The position numbers were made by a program, and so were the translations under genes. This document shows, piece by piece, positions 1-8,977 of a stretch of DNA of 64,000 nt. Position 1 is the stretch's first letter. Each line of letters starts with the position of its first letter. The stretch lies in assembly GCA_965248355.1 (NCBI GenBank), contig OZ252098.1:4000001-4064000 (forward strand). The letters are read 5' to 3'. Under the pieces are notes generated by a model, which saw only the letters and a list, made by a program, of their open reading frames with translations, ran no database searches and was not told the DNA's origin. The DNA comes from Candidatus Latescibacterota bacterium. GTDB taxonomy: Bacteria > Latescibacterota > UBA2968 > UBA8231.

Positions 1-442
1 CTAGGCGGCGCACCAGCGCCAGGGTGCGGAAGGAGTCCATCGGCAGCAGGGAGGCCCCGCCCGGGACCGCCCCCAGCCCCCGCCGCACCAGGTCTCCCCC
101 GGAGAGCACCAGCAGGCCGCGGGCGCCCCCGCTCACGGCCCTCAGGATGCGGGCCTCCACCGTGCCGCGGGTACGCGTCCCGGCCGAGATCGTGACGATC
201 GGCTCGCGGGTCTCGGCCAGGGTGTCGAAGAGGCTCTTCGGCCGCTGGCGGCGCCCGAAGAGGCGCACCGCGTCGCCGAGGCGGCCCACGAGGGGGATGT
301 CGGGCAGGGTGACGGCGTCGATGGCGCCGCGTTCGATCAGGCGGCCGTAGCGCCGCGCCTGGGCCGGGTGGGTCTGCTCGGCGGTGACGACGAACAGGCC
401 GCGCCGCAGCCGGTCGGCGACGGCCGGGCCGGCGGCGGTCAC
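1..442 (-). CDS. Partial CDS running off the left edge; divergent methylenetetrahydrofolate-reductase-like protein
   Basis: Not in the ORF track. GTG at 442-440 overlaps the upstream stop (GTGA). Manual translation MTAAGPAVADRLRRGLFVVTAEQ...DAVTLPD...EPIVTIS...LLVLSGGD...MDSFRTL is open to position 1 and resembles the MTHFR layout (FxxTxE, DAVxxxD, EP, LxLxGD, DS). Confidence 0.45.
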   Translation of the reverse strand, partial: MTAAGPAVADRLRRGLFVVTAEQTHPAQARRYGRLIERGAIDAVTLPDIPLVGRLGDAVRLFGRRQRPKSLFDTLAETREPIVTISAGTRTRGTVEARILRAVSGGARGLLVLSGGDLVRRGLGAVPGGASLLPMDSFRTLALVRRL

Positions 443-1218
443 GTCCCGCGGCTGGCGGCGTACTCGCGCAGGGCGGCCACGTGCGACGTCACCACCTGCA
501 GGCCGTAGGCCAGGGGGGTGCCCACGTTCAGGAAGCGGTAGCCCCAGTCGATCTTCTGGCGGACCTCGTCGGGGTCGACCAGGGTCGTGCCCGTGACGAT
601 GCCGGTGCCCTCCAGCCGGCGGGGCAGCTCCTCCATGATGCTCTGCACCTCCTGCGAGCCCGTCTGTCCCATCACCCCCAGCGACGCCGACAGGTCCAGG
701 GGCCCCACGAGGAGGATGTCGATGCCGGGCACCTGGGCGATCTCGTCCACGCTCTCCCAGGCCTGGGCGCTCTCCAGCTGGCAGACGAGCAGGGTCTCGT
801 CGTTGGCGGTGGTGAGCACGTGGTCCCAGTCCTCGCCGGCGATTTTCGTCCACAGGGGGGACAGGCCGCGGTTGCCCTCGGGCGCGTAGTGGGCGGCGTC
901 GACGGCCCGGGCCGCCTCCTCGGCGGAGTTGACCTGGGGGATCATGACCAGCACGGCGCCCACGTCGTAGGCCTTCTTGATCAGGGCCGGATCGTTGTTG
1001 GCGACCCGGATCAGGGGCGCCACGCCCCGCTGCCGGGCGAGGACGGGGATGACGTCGAGGGCCTCGGTCCCGTAGGGCATGTGCTCGGTGTCGATCCACA
1101 GGAAATCGATCCCGGTGCCGAGGGTGGGGCCGGCGATGTGGGGGGCGAAGGCGGGCAGGCCGGTGCCGAAGACGACCTGCCCGTCGGCGAGCTTCTGCTT
1201 GATCGGGTTGGGGTACAT
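439..1218 (-). CDS. HpcH/HpaI family class II aldolase
   Basis: WIDTEH, LIRV, QLES, VGPLDLS motifs. Confidence 0.9.
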   Translation of the reverse strand: MYPNPIKQKLADGQVVFGTGLPAFAPHIAGPTLGTGIDFLWIDTEHMPYGTEALDVIPVLARQRGVAPLIRVANNDPALIKKAYDVGAVLVMIPQVNSAEEAARAVDAAHYAPEGNRGLSPLWTKIAGEDWDHVLTTANDETLLVCQLESAQAWESVDEIAQVPGIDILLVGPLDLSASLGVMGQTGSQEVQSIMEELPRRLEGTGIVTGTTLVDPDEVRQKIDWGYRFLNVGTPLAYGLQVVTSHVAALREYAASRGT

Positions 1219-1237
1219 GCGGTCTTCCTTGAGCGCG

Positions 1238-2047
1238 TCAGGCGCGCAGGGTCATGAGGATGAAGGCCCCCAGCCCGACGCGGTAGGCGGCGAAGGGAAG
1301 GGTGCCGAAACGTTCGAGGAGGCGCAGCAGCAGGCCGATGGCGGCGTAACCGCTGACCGCGGCGGCGCCGATGCCGAGGGCCAGGTTCCACAGCTGCCCG
1401 GCCCCGGGGCCGGCGCCGAGCAGCTCCAGCAGCTCGAGCAGGCCCGCGCCGGTGATGGCGGGCAGCCCGAGGAGGAAGGCGAACCTCGCCGCCTGCTCGC
1501 GGCGCAGACCGACGAGCAGTCCCGCCATGATCGTCGAGCCCGACCGCGACACCCCCGGGATCAGGGCCAGGGCCTGGCACAGGCCGATGAGCTGGATGCG
1601 CCAGAAGGTGAGCTCGGTCAGGCCGCGGTCCCGGCGCCCGAGGCGCTCGGCCAGCAGCAGGCCGGGGGCCAGCAGGATCAGGGCCCAGGCGATGACCGGG
1701 AGGGCCCGCGCCTCGGTGGCGATGAACTCCTTCAGTCCGAGGCCGAAGACGACGGCGGGCACCGTGGCCGGCAGGATCGCCCAGGCGGTGAAGCAGTCGG
1801 GGGAATGGCGCAGGTCCCGGCGGCGGAGCCCCGTGACGGCGGCCCCCGCGAGGCGGCGGATGTCCCCGGCGAAGTAGACGACCACCGCCGCCAGGGTGCC
1901 GAGGTGGATGGCGGCCGAGAAGGCGAGTCCGGGATCGCCCCACCCGAGGTAGTGGGGGACGATGCGCAGGTGGGCGGTGGAGGAGACGGGAAGGGTTTCG
2001 GTGAGACCCTGGACGAGGCCGAGAACGACGGACTGGAAGGGGGTCAT
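1238..2047 (-). CDS. uppP: Undecaprenyl-diphosphate phosphatase
   Basis: GLVQGLTETLPVSSTAH and PGVSRSG BacA motifs; hydrophobic. Confidence 0.95.
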   Translation of the reverse strand: MTPFQSVVLGLVQGLTETLPVSSTAHLRIVPHYLGWGDPGLAFSAAIHLGTLAAVVVYFAGDIRRLAGAAVTGLRRRDLRHSPDCFTAWAILPATVPAVVFGLGLKEFIATEARALPVIAWALILLAPGLLLAERLGRRDRGLTELTFWRIQLIGLCQALALIPGVSRSGSTIMAGLLVGLRREQAARFAFLLGLPAITGAGLLELLELLGAGPGAGQLWNLALGIGAAAVSGYAAIGLLLRLLERFGTLPFAAYRVGLGAFILMTLRA

Positions 2048-2119
2048 GTCGTCGGCGTCGGCATCATGGCGCGGTCAATCTATTGCGCGGGCGAGGCGCC
2101 GACCACGCCGCCCAGCCCT

Positions 2120-2176
2120 TCAGGGGACCAGGCGCCGGCACTCCCGGTGGTGGCGCTTCTCCCCGGTCGCCGAGGG
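2120..2176 (-). repeat. Degenerate third copy of the DUF1015 gene 3' tail
   Basis: tcagg..aggcgccggcactcc..cttctcc..tcgccgaggg aligns with 3179-3237 and 4310-4368 with many substitutions. Confidence 0.6.
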
Positions 2177-2331
2177 CGACGCAGGCCGATTGCGGCGTGG
2201 ACGGGTCGAGGGCTGCGGCGTCGGTCGGGGCGGACGGCTGCCGGCGTCGCAGAGGCCGGGCGGGACTACTCAGCCGCTCTTCCGGCTGAATTGAGATGGC
2301 GCGAAGGAGATGGCGACGGCCCGGCGCAGGC

Positions 2332-3093
2332 TCACGGAGACAGGGTCGACTTCACCCCGCCCCAGGTGGCCGGTGTGACGGGGGTGGCGGCGTCGATGCG
2401 GCGGTAGGCCAGCGGCTCCGCCTCCTGGAGCAACAGGGCGATCTCAGAGAACGGTGTCCCTTGGAGGACCAGGACCTCGCCGTCATCCTGAAGCTCGTAG
2501 ACGGCGGGAGGGGCGTTCCGCAACGTGAGGAATGGCTCGCGGGACCCGGTCTCCTGTTGTATGGTCGTCTGTATGGCCGTGAGTTCCTGCTCGAGGGCCA
2601 GGCGGTCCTCCTCGGGGAGATCGCTTTCCTCCAGGACCCGGAGTGCAGCCTCCCAATGGAAAGCGAACTTGGCCCAGAAGAAGTTCATGAACTCGGCCCA
2701 ATCCCTGTCGTCGTAGGAGAGGCGGAGTGAGACCCACTTCAGCCGGAGGCTGTCGCCGAAGGCCGTGTACGTACCGGAGCCGAGGATGGACCTGGCATCC
2801 AGCGGGGTCTCGGGCAAGGCTTCCCGGTACAGCTGGATCAGGGTCTTGACATCGGCAACCGACACTTCGGCGTCTTTGCTGAAGACGGCATGGAGCCTCG
2901 CGTACTCTTCGGTCCGGACGCTGCTGAACTCGAAGGTACCGTCCTCCAGGAAGACCAGGCGTGTGGTGAACGGAGCTCCGTAGCCGTCGTCGCCGCTCGC
3001 CTCCCAAGTGCCGACGAGGCTCTCTTCCAGGGCGGCCAGCGGGGGGACGAACAGGGCGAGGAAGAGGATGGAAGGCAGGGGATTGCGGAGCAT
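2332..3093 (-). CDS. Secreted hypothetical protein (paralog B) with C-terminal TPATWGGVK motif
   Basis: ATG at 3093 with AGGAGG upstream; signal peptide MLRNPLPSILFLALFVPPLAA; LVGTW; paralogous to 3444-4226. Confidence 0.85.
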   Translation of the reverse strand: MLRNPLPSILFLALFVPPLAALEESLVGTWEASGDDGYGAPFTTRLVFLEDGTFEFSSVRTEEYARLHAVFSKDAEVSVADVKTLIQLYREALPETPLDARSILGSGTYTAFGDSLRLKWVSLRLSYDDRDWAEFMNFFWAKFAFHWEAALRVLEESDLPEEDRLALEQELTAIQTTIQQETGSREPFLTLRNAPPAVYELQDDGEVLVLQGTPFSEIALLLQEAEPLAYRRIDAATPVTPATWGGVKSTLSP

Positions 3094-3261
3094 GGGACGC
3101 CTCCTTGTCGCGGGGCCATTCGACTTCATGCTGCCGGGGATAAGCGACGCTTTGGGAGTGATTGCAGTCAAGTGGCCGTCAGGCGCCGAGGCGCCGGCAC
3201 TCCATGTAATACCGTTTCTCCTCGGCCTCGCCGAGGGAGAAGCTCTTGCGCGGCAGGGGGC
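2995..3261. repeat. Direct repeat of 4128-4392 (paralog 5' end, upstream region and 83-bp exact copy of the DUF1015 3' end at 3179-3261)
   Basis: Base-by-base comparison; 3179-3261 is identical to 4310-4392. Confidence 0.95.
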
Positions 3262-3443
3262 TTCGCGTCCAGGGCGACTCAGGGCCGCTTGCGGTCGCGG
3301 ACGGGTCGAGGGCTGCCGGCGTCGCGGGCGAGGGGCGCCCTGCGTCGAGGGGAACTTCGGGCCCCTCGCGGGTCGGACAGCCTCAGCCGTTTACTCGGCT
3401 GTACTCGATGGCGTGAAGGAGATGACGGAGGGCCGGCGCGGGT

Positions 3444-4226
3444 TCACGGAGACAGGGTCGCCGTCACGCCGCCCCAGGTGGCCGGTGTGACGGCGCTGGC
3501 GACATCGATGCGGCGGTAGGCGAGCGGCTTGGCCTGCGGTCTGGCCCGCGGCTCCGCCTCCTGGAACAGCAGGGGGTCATGGAACGGGGGCCCTTCGAGG
3601 ACCAGGACCTTGCCCTCATCTCGAATGTCGTAGGTGGTGGACGAGGGTTCCTGCAGCCCGGCGAGGAGTGCCTCCGTGGTCAACATAAGGTGGTAAAGGG
3701 TCGTGAGCTCCTGCTCGAGCGCCAGGCGATCCTCTTCGGGGAATTCGAGATCCTGTGCGGCACGGACTTCTGTCTCCCAGTTGAGCCCGAACTGGGTCCA
3801 GAACGGGACTAAGAATTCGCTGAAGTCCTTGTCGTCGTAAGTGATATCGAGAGCGACCCATTCCAGCCGGAGGCTGTCCCCGGAGGTTGCGTACGTACCG
3901 GAGCCGAGGAAGGAACTGGTATCCAACGGGGTCTCGGGCCAGGCGTCCCGAAACAGCTGGTTCAAAGCTTCGGCGTCCGCAGCGGTGAAGTCGTCGTCTT
4001 CCTCGAAGACGAGTTGCGGCGGTCTCAAGTACCCATCTGCGGTGCGCCAGACGCTGCTGAGCTCGAAGGTGCCGTCCTCGAGGAAAATCAAGCGTGTGGT
4101 AATCGAACCTGCGTCGTCCACTTCGTCGCTCGCCTCCCAGGTGCCGACGAGGCTCTCTTCCAGGGCGGCCAGCGGGGGGACGAACAGGGCGAGCAAGAGG
4201 ATGGAAGGCAGGGGATTGCGGAGCAT
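3444..4226 (-). CDS. Secreted hypothetical protein (paralog A) with C-terminal TPATWGGVT motif
   Basis: C-terminal part of the 2592-aa track ORF; ATG at 4226 with AGGAGG; same signal peptide as paralog B. Confidence 0.85.
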   Translation of the reverse strand: MLRNPLPSILLLALFVPPLAALEESLVGTWEASDEVDDAGSITTRLIFLEDGTFELSSVWRTADGYLRPPQLVFEEDDDFTAADAEALNQLFRDAWPETPLDTSSFLGSGTYATSGDSLRLEWVALDITYDDKDFSEFLVPFWTQFGLNWETEVRAAQDLEFPEEDRLALEQELTTLYHLMLTTEALLAGLQEPSSTTYDIRDEGKVLVLEGPPFHDPLLFQEAEPRARPQAKPLAYRRIDVASAVTPATWGGVTATLSP

Positions 4227-4309
4227 GGGATGCCTCCTTGCCGCGGGGCCATGCGGCTTCATGCTGCCGGGGATAAGCGACGCTTTGGAGTGATTGCAGT
4301 CAAATGGCG

Positions 4310-5665
4310 TCAGGCGCCGAGGCGCCGGCACTCCATGTAATACCGTTTCTCCTCGGCCTCGCCGAGGGAGAAGCTCTTGCGCGGCAGGGGGCCCGTGCGC
4401 AGCACCGTGCGGAACAGGGCGTGCTTGTCGATCGAGCGGGAGAGCAGCCCCGCGTTGCCGGGGCGCGCCCCCAGCTCGGTCACCTCCTCCTCGCCGTGGA
4501 TGTAGTCGAGGCGCAGGTCGCGGCGGGAGGCGAGGTCGGCCAGGAAGGCGTCCAGGGAGATGGCCTCGAGGTCGTGCCGGGGGTCGTGGACCACGACGAT
4601 CCCCCACCGTGGCGCGCCGTCCTCCCGGCCGGCGACGAAGGGCAGGTGGTGCAGGCCCCTGTTCGCCATTCCGGCCCGGGCCCGGCGCCAGGAGGCGGGC
4701 GAGTCGAAGGCATCGATCTGCGCGCGGGAGCCCTGCCCCCGGAAGAAGGCCTCCATCTCCCGCCCCAGCTCCCCGCCGTCGACGCCGAAGAGCACCCGGT
4801 GAATGGGCTCGAAGCGCAGCCCGGGGTCGTGCACGTTGACCAACTCCACGAGGGCGTGCCGCGACGGGTGGCCGGCCGCCGCGTCGAGACCGCCGGCCCG
4901 GTCCCTGGTCCCGTCCCACACCTGCCGGGCCGCGGCGAAGGAGTGGTTGCCGTCGCCCATGGCGTAGAGCGCCGGGGCGCCGGTCTCGAGGCCGTAGCGG
5001 TCGGCCAGGGTCTCCGGCGCCGCCAGGCGGGTCAGGGCATCGGCGACCTGGCGGATCGCGTCTCCACCGGTCACGTGCCAGCCGCGCACGCGGCCCCCGC
5101 CCAGCATCAGCTCGGTGTCGTAGAGCAGGGGCAGCGTCCGCTCGAAGAGGGGCTCGATGACCGTGGCCTCCGGATCGTCGATGAGGACGAGGATGTGGGG
5201 GATCTCCAGGGCCGCCCCCTCGCGGACCTCCACCCGCGGCGGCAGGCGCCCGGGGTCGGTGCCCTCCGTCGTGCGGATCAGGGTCCCGGCGTCGGGGGCG
5301 AAGCTGTACTGCTCCAGGTCGAGAGCCGCCATCAGGCCCTTGCGGGAGGCGGCGTGGGGGGTGCGGCGGTCGACCAGCACAAAGCCGGGCTCCAGAGGCT
5401 GCAGGACCCCGTCCCGGAGGTAGCTCTCCATGCGCTCGTGGATGCGGCGGATGCGGCCGCCGCGGCCGGGCGCCTCGAGGAAGGCCTCGGGCAGCACCAG
5501 GTGCAGGGCCGAGGGCCGGCTCCCCACGAGGCGGGCGGCCTCCTCCCAGTACTCCGGGTTCGAGGTGTGCTGGTCGCAGGCGATGACCGCCCACTCCTCG
5601 AGGCCCACGTCCGGGCGCGGCAGCAGCACGCGGGGCACGCTCAGACCGATGCCGGGGAAGCGCAT
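4310..5665 (-). CDS. DUF1015 family protein
   Basis: WAVIACDQHTS, IRTTEGT, YAMGDGNHS, FEPIHRV, LPRKSFSLGEAEEKRYY motifs; ATG at 5665. Confidence 0.88.
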   Translation of the reverse strand: MRFPGIGLSVPRVLLPRPDVGLEEWAVIACDQHTSNPEYWEEAARLVGSRPSALHLVLPEAFLEAPGRGGRIRRIHERMESYLRDGVLQPLEPGFVLVDRRTPHAASRKGLMAALDLEQYSFAPDAGTLIRTTEGTDPGRLPPRVEVREGAALEIPHILVLIDDPEATVIEPLFERTLPLLYDTELMLGGGRVRGWHVTGGDAIRQVADALTRLAAPETLADRYGLETGAPALYAMGDGNHSFAAARQVWDGTRDRAGGLDAAAGHPSRHALVELVNVHDPGLRFEPIHRVLFGVDGGELGREMEAFFRGQGSRAQIDAFDSPASWRRARAGMANRGLHHLPFVAGREDGAPRWGIVVVHDPRHDLEAISLDAFLADLASRRDLRLDYIHGEEEVTELGARPGNAGLLSRSIDKHALFRTVLRTGPLPRKSFSLGEAEEKRYYMECRRLGA

Positions 5666-5897
5666 GCCGGCAGAGTGTAGCCGCCGCCTCCGGGGGCGAC
5701 AACGGCGGTCGCGGTGCTGGCTCGCCGCCGACGGCCGGGGTAGCTTGGGGAAGCCGCTGCGCAGCGGTGCCTGGTAGCCACCGTCGACGCTCTCGACGCC
5801 GTGGCGCTGGAATCTCGATGTGGACCACGCGGCGAGCCGGACGACGCGGATGGGCGACCGGCCGGTGCGCGCCTCCCTCGACTCCGGGGATCGATCC

Positions 5898-8800
5898 ATG
5901 AGGGTACTCGGGACCTTGCTGCTCCTGCTGACGGTGGGCGCCGCGCTCCCGGCCGCCGCCGAGGCGTCCGGCTGGCTGCAGCTGCGCGGAGACCGGCACA
6001 TGAGCGGCCACGCCGACGGCACCGGCCGCATGGGGGACGGCCCCCCCGTCGAGGCGTGGCGCCATGACATCGCCGCCTGGGAGGGCTACGCCTCGGTGAC
6101 CCAGGGCGCGGGAGAGCCTCTCCTGCAGCTGCCCTTCCCCGGGGGCTTCGATGCCGGCTGGATCGGCCGGGAGCAGGCGGCCTGGGGGTTGGGTGGTCCG
6201 CTTCACGACATGGCCGGGGACGGCACCCTCGTCCGCATGCCGGTGGACAACCTCTTCAAGGTGGCCAAGGTCCTGGCCGACGTGCCCGGCCTGCAGCGCT
6301 TCGAGATGGGCGACTCCTTCTCCGACGGTGGAGCGGAGCCCAAGCGGGGCCGGCTGCTCGCTTGGGACACGGGCGAGCCGCGGGTCGTGTGGGAGACGGA
6401 GCCCTTCGAGGACACCTGGGCCCCGAACGTCCTCGTCGTCGACGCCGACGACGACGGACAGCTCGACCTGGCGGTGGCCACCCACTACCGCATCCTCGTC
6501 TTCGACGGCGCCACCGGGGCGACGATGATGGAGTTTCGCTACCACGGCTACCGCAACTACGGCCACTTCGCCGCCGCCGACATCGACGAGGACCCCTTCC
6601 CCGAGTTCGCCGTGGTCGCCGACTTCAGCATGCACGCCGAGGTCATCGACAACGACGGCAGCCGCCTGACCCTGCGCTGGATCCGCGAGATCCAGCCCGA
6701 TCCCGCCCAGTCGACCAAAGTCGTGCGGCCCCGGCCGTCGACCTTCCTCGACGCCGACGGGGACGGCAGGGTGGAGGTGGTCTACAGCGTCTACGACGAC
6801 ACCGGGGACCGCCGCTGGCACACCATCGCCGTCGACGCGCTCAGCGGCGAGACGGTCTACGACTTCCCCGGGCAGTACCTCCACGGACTCCACGACATCG
6901 ACGCCGACGGCCGGCCGGAGTGGTTCCTGTCGGAGGCCGAGGGGGAGGCCCTGCCGCCCCATGCGCCGCTCTCGGTGCGAACCCTCGACGACGGCAGCTA
7001 CCTGGAGCGCTGGCGCCACGACCGGGGCGCCTTCAGCAGCCGCCTCGTCGACGAGCTGCCCCTGACGGTGAGCACGAGCGCCGCCGACGGCCTGCGCACC
7101 GCGGTCACCGGGGACGCCGACGGCGACGGCCGGGCCGGCTTCTTCGTGGTCACCCCCGCCGGCGAGGGCGAGGCGCTGACGGCCTGGGGCGCGGACGCCG
7201 GGGGGACGGTGCAGGCCCTGTGGACCCTCCAGGGCCCGGCGGGGGCCGGTCCGCAGGCGGCGGCCGTGGCCGCCGGGGAAGGAGAGCCCGCCACGCTGGT
7301 CTGGTGGAAGGGCCGGGGCGGCGCGGGGCAGTCGCTGCAGGTGGAGGGCGCCGGCGCGAGGCTGCACCAGTTCAGCCGCCAGGCCTTCACCCCGGCCGGC
7401 ACGCCGGTCGTGGCCGATCTCGACGGCGACGGCCGCGTCGAGGTGGTCGTGCAGACGGCCAACGAGGAGGTCCTGTGCCTCGAGGCGCCCCGCAGCGGCG
7501 GTGAGGGTCCCCGCGTACGCTGGCAGATGCAGGGCCACGGGCAGACGAACAACGCACCCTACCACTGGGGGGTGGTCGCCGCCGACCTCGACGGCGACGG
7601 CTCGCTGGAGACGCTCTTCGCCCGCGAGGCGCCCGGCGGCAACGCCAGCCTGGCGGCGGTCACGGCCGAGGGCCAAGTGCGCTGGCAGACCGTGTTCGAC
7701 GGCTTCGACGGCAGCATGCCGATCTGGAACTTCAGCGGCCTCTCCTACTGGAACGCCGGCCACTTCCGCGAGGCGGGACGGAAGGACGTCTTCGTCACCC
7801 TGAGACGCGGCAAGATCGGCAGCGAGGTCGGCTTCCTGCTCGACGGCGGGACCGGCGCCGTCGTGTGGGAGAGGAACGGCTACACCCTGCCCGCCGACGG
7901 CAGCGGCCGCAGCCTCGGCGGCCATCCCAGCGCCGCCGGGGACGTCGACGGCGACGGCCTGGAGGAGATCGTGGTCATGTGGCCCGACCGCCTGCACGTG
8001 ATCGACGGCGTCACCGGCGAGGCCGAGGCCGTGCGCCAGGCCTACGGGTATACGGACGGGCTGTCGCCGATGTTCTCCTCCGACGGTTTCGTGGGATACG
8101 CCTTCCCGGCGGTGGTCGACCTCTTCGGCGATTCGGCCCCGGAGCTGATCTGGGGGCACAGCGGCTACCTGAACGCCGTGCTCGCCGCCGATGGCGACGC
8201 CTACTGGCAGACGGAGTACCACAACAACACCCAGGTGCAGTCGCTCATGGCCCCGGGCGACGCCGACGGCGACGGCGACTGGGAGCTGCTGGCCTCCACG
8301 AGGGAGGGCGTGCAGCTCATCGAGCCCGAGGACGGCGCGGTGCTGCGGGAGCTGGACCTGGGCCCGGCCTCGACCGACGTGATCTCCGGCGACCTCGACG
8401 GCGACGGCCGCGACGAGTTCCTCTTCGGCCTCGGCGCCGGCTTGGCCATGGTGGAGCTGGAAGCCGGTGGGCTGCGCCGCGCCTGGACCCTGGAGACCGG
8501 GGGCCGCCCCAGCGACCCGGCCCTGGCCGACGTCGACGCTGACGGCTTCCTCGATCTGGTGGCCGCCACCACGGACGGCTACGTCAAGGCCTGGACCGCG
8601 GGCGCTCCCGGCACCGCGGTGACGGGACCCCTGGCCGTCCGCCCCGAAGCGGTCAGGCTGGAGGCACCCTGGCCGAACCCCTTCAACCACCGGGTCACCC
8701 TCGCCTACCGGATCGAGAGGGCGGGGCCGGTGGTCCTGGAGGTCTGCACCATGACCGGACAGCGCCTCCTGCGGCTGGTCGACGGCTGGAGGCCCGCCGG

Positions 8801-8924
8801 CGACCACCAGGCGCTCTGGGACGGCCTCGACGCCCGGGGGCGGCCCCTGGCCAGCGGCGCCTACTTGGTCCGCCTGCGCAGCGGTCGATCCGTGGACGAG
8901 CGCAAGATCGCGCTGCTGAAGTAG
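5898..8924 (+). CDS. Secreted FG-GAP/VCBS repeat beta-propeller protein with C-terminal FlgD-Ig/T9SS-like sorting domain
   Basis: Signal peptide MRVLGTLLLLL; many D(L/A/V)DGDG repeats; PNPFN...WDG.D..G..LASG.Y tail. Confidence 0.88.
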   Translation: MRVLGTLLLLLTVGAALPAAAEASGWLQLRGDRHMSGHADGTGRMGDGPPVEAWRHDIAAWEGYASVTQGAGEPLLQLPFPGGFDAGWIGREQAAWGLGGPLHDMAGDGTLVRMPVDNLFKVAKVLADVPGLQRFEMGDSFSDGGAEPKRGRLLAWDTGEPRVVWETEPFEDTWAPNVLVVDADDDGQLDLAVATHYRILVFDGATGATMMEFRYHGYRNYGHFAAADIDEDPFPEFAVVADFSMHAEVIDNDGSRLTLRWIREIQPDPAQSTKVVRPRPSTFLDADGDGRVEVVYSVYDDTGDRRWHTIAVDALSGETVYDFPGQYLHGLHDIDADGRPEWFLSEAEGEALPPHAPLSVRTLDDGSYLERWRHDRGAFSSRLVDELPLTVSTSAADGLRTAVTGDADGDGRAGFFVVTPAGEGEALTAWGADAGGTVQALWTLQGPAGAGPQAAAVAAGEGEPATLVWWKGRGGAGQSLQVEGAGARLHQFSRQAFTPAGTPVVADLDGDGRVEVVVQTANEEVLCLEAPRSGGEGPRVRWQMQGHGQTNNAPYHWGVVAADLDGDGSLETLFAREAPGGNASLAAVTAEGQVRWQTVFDGFDGSMPIWNFSGLSYWNAGHFREAGRKDVFVTLRRGKIGSEVGFLLDGGTGAVVWERNGYTLPADGSGRSLGGHPSAAGDVDGDGLEEIVVMWPDRLHVIDGVTGEAEAVRQAYGYTDGLSPMFSSDGFVGYAFPAVVDLFGDSAPELIWGHSGYLNAVLAADGDAYWQTEYHNNTQVQSLMAPGDADGDGDWELLASTREGVQLIEPEDGAVLRELDLGPASTDVISGDLDGDGRDEFLFGLGAGLAMVELEAGGLRRAWTLETGGRPSDPALADVDADGFLDLVAATTDGYVKAWTAGAPGTAVTGPLAVRPEAVRLEAPWPNPFNHRVTLAYRIERAGPVVLEVCTMTGQRLLRLVDGWRPAGDHQALWDGLDARGRPLASGAYLVRLRSGRSVDERKIALLK

Positions 8925-8927
8925 GTT

Positions 8928-8962
8928 CCCTGGGAGCAGCTCTCGTGGCGAGACCCCAGGGG
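8928..8962. terminator. Probable hairpin between convergent genes
   Basis: ccctggg...tctcg tgg cgaga ccccaggg imperfect inverted repeat. Confidence 0.4.
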
Positions 8963-8977
8963 AGGGGGCCCGCGGTC

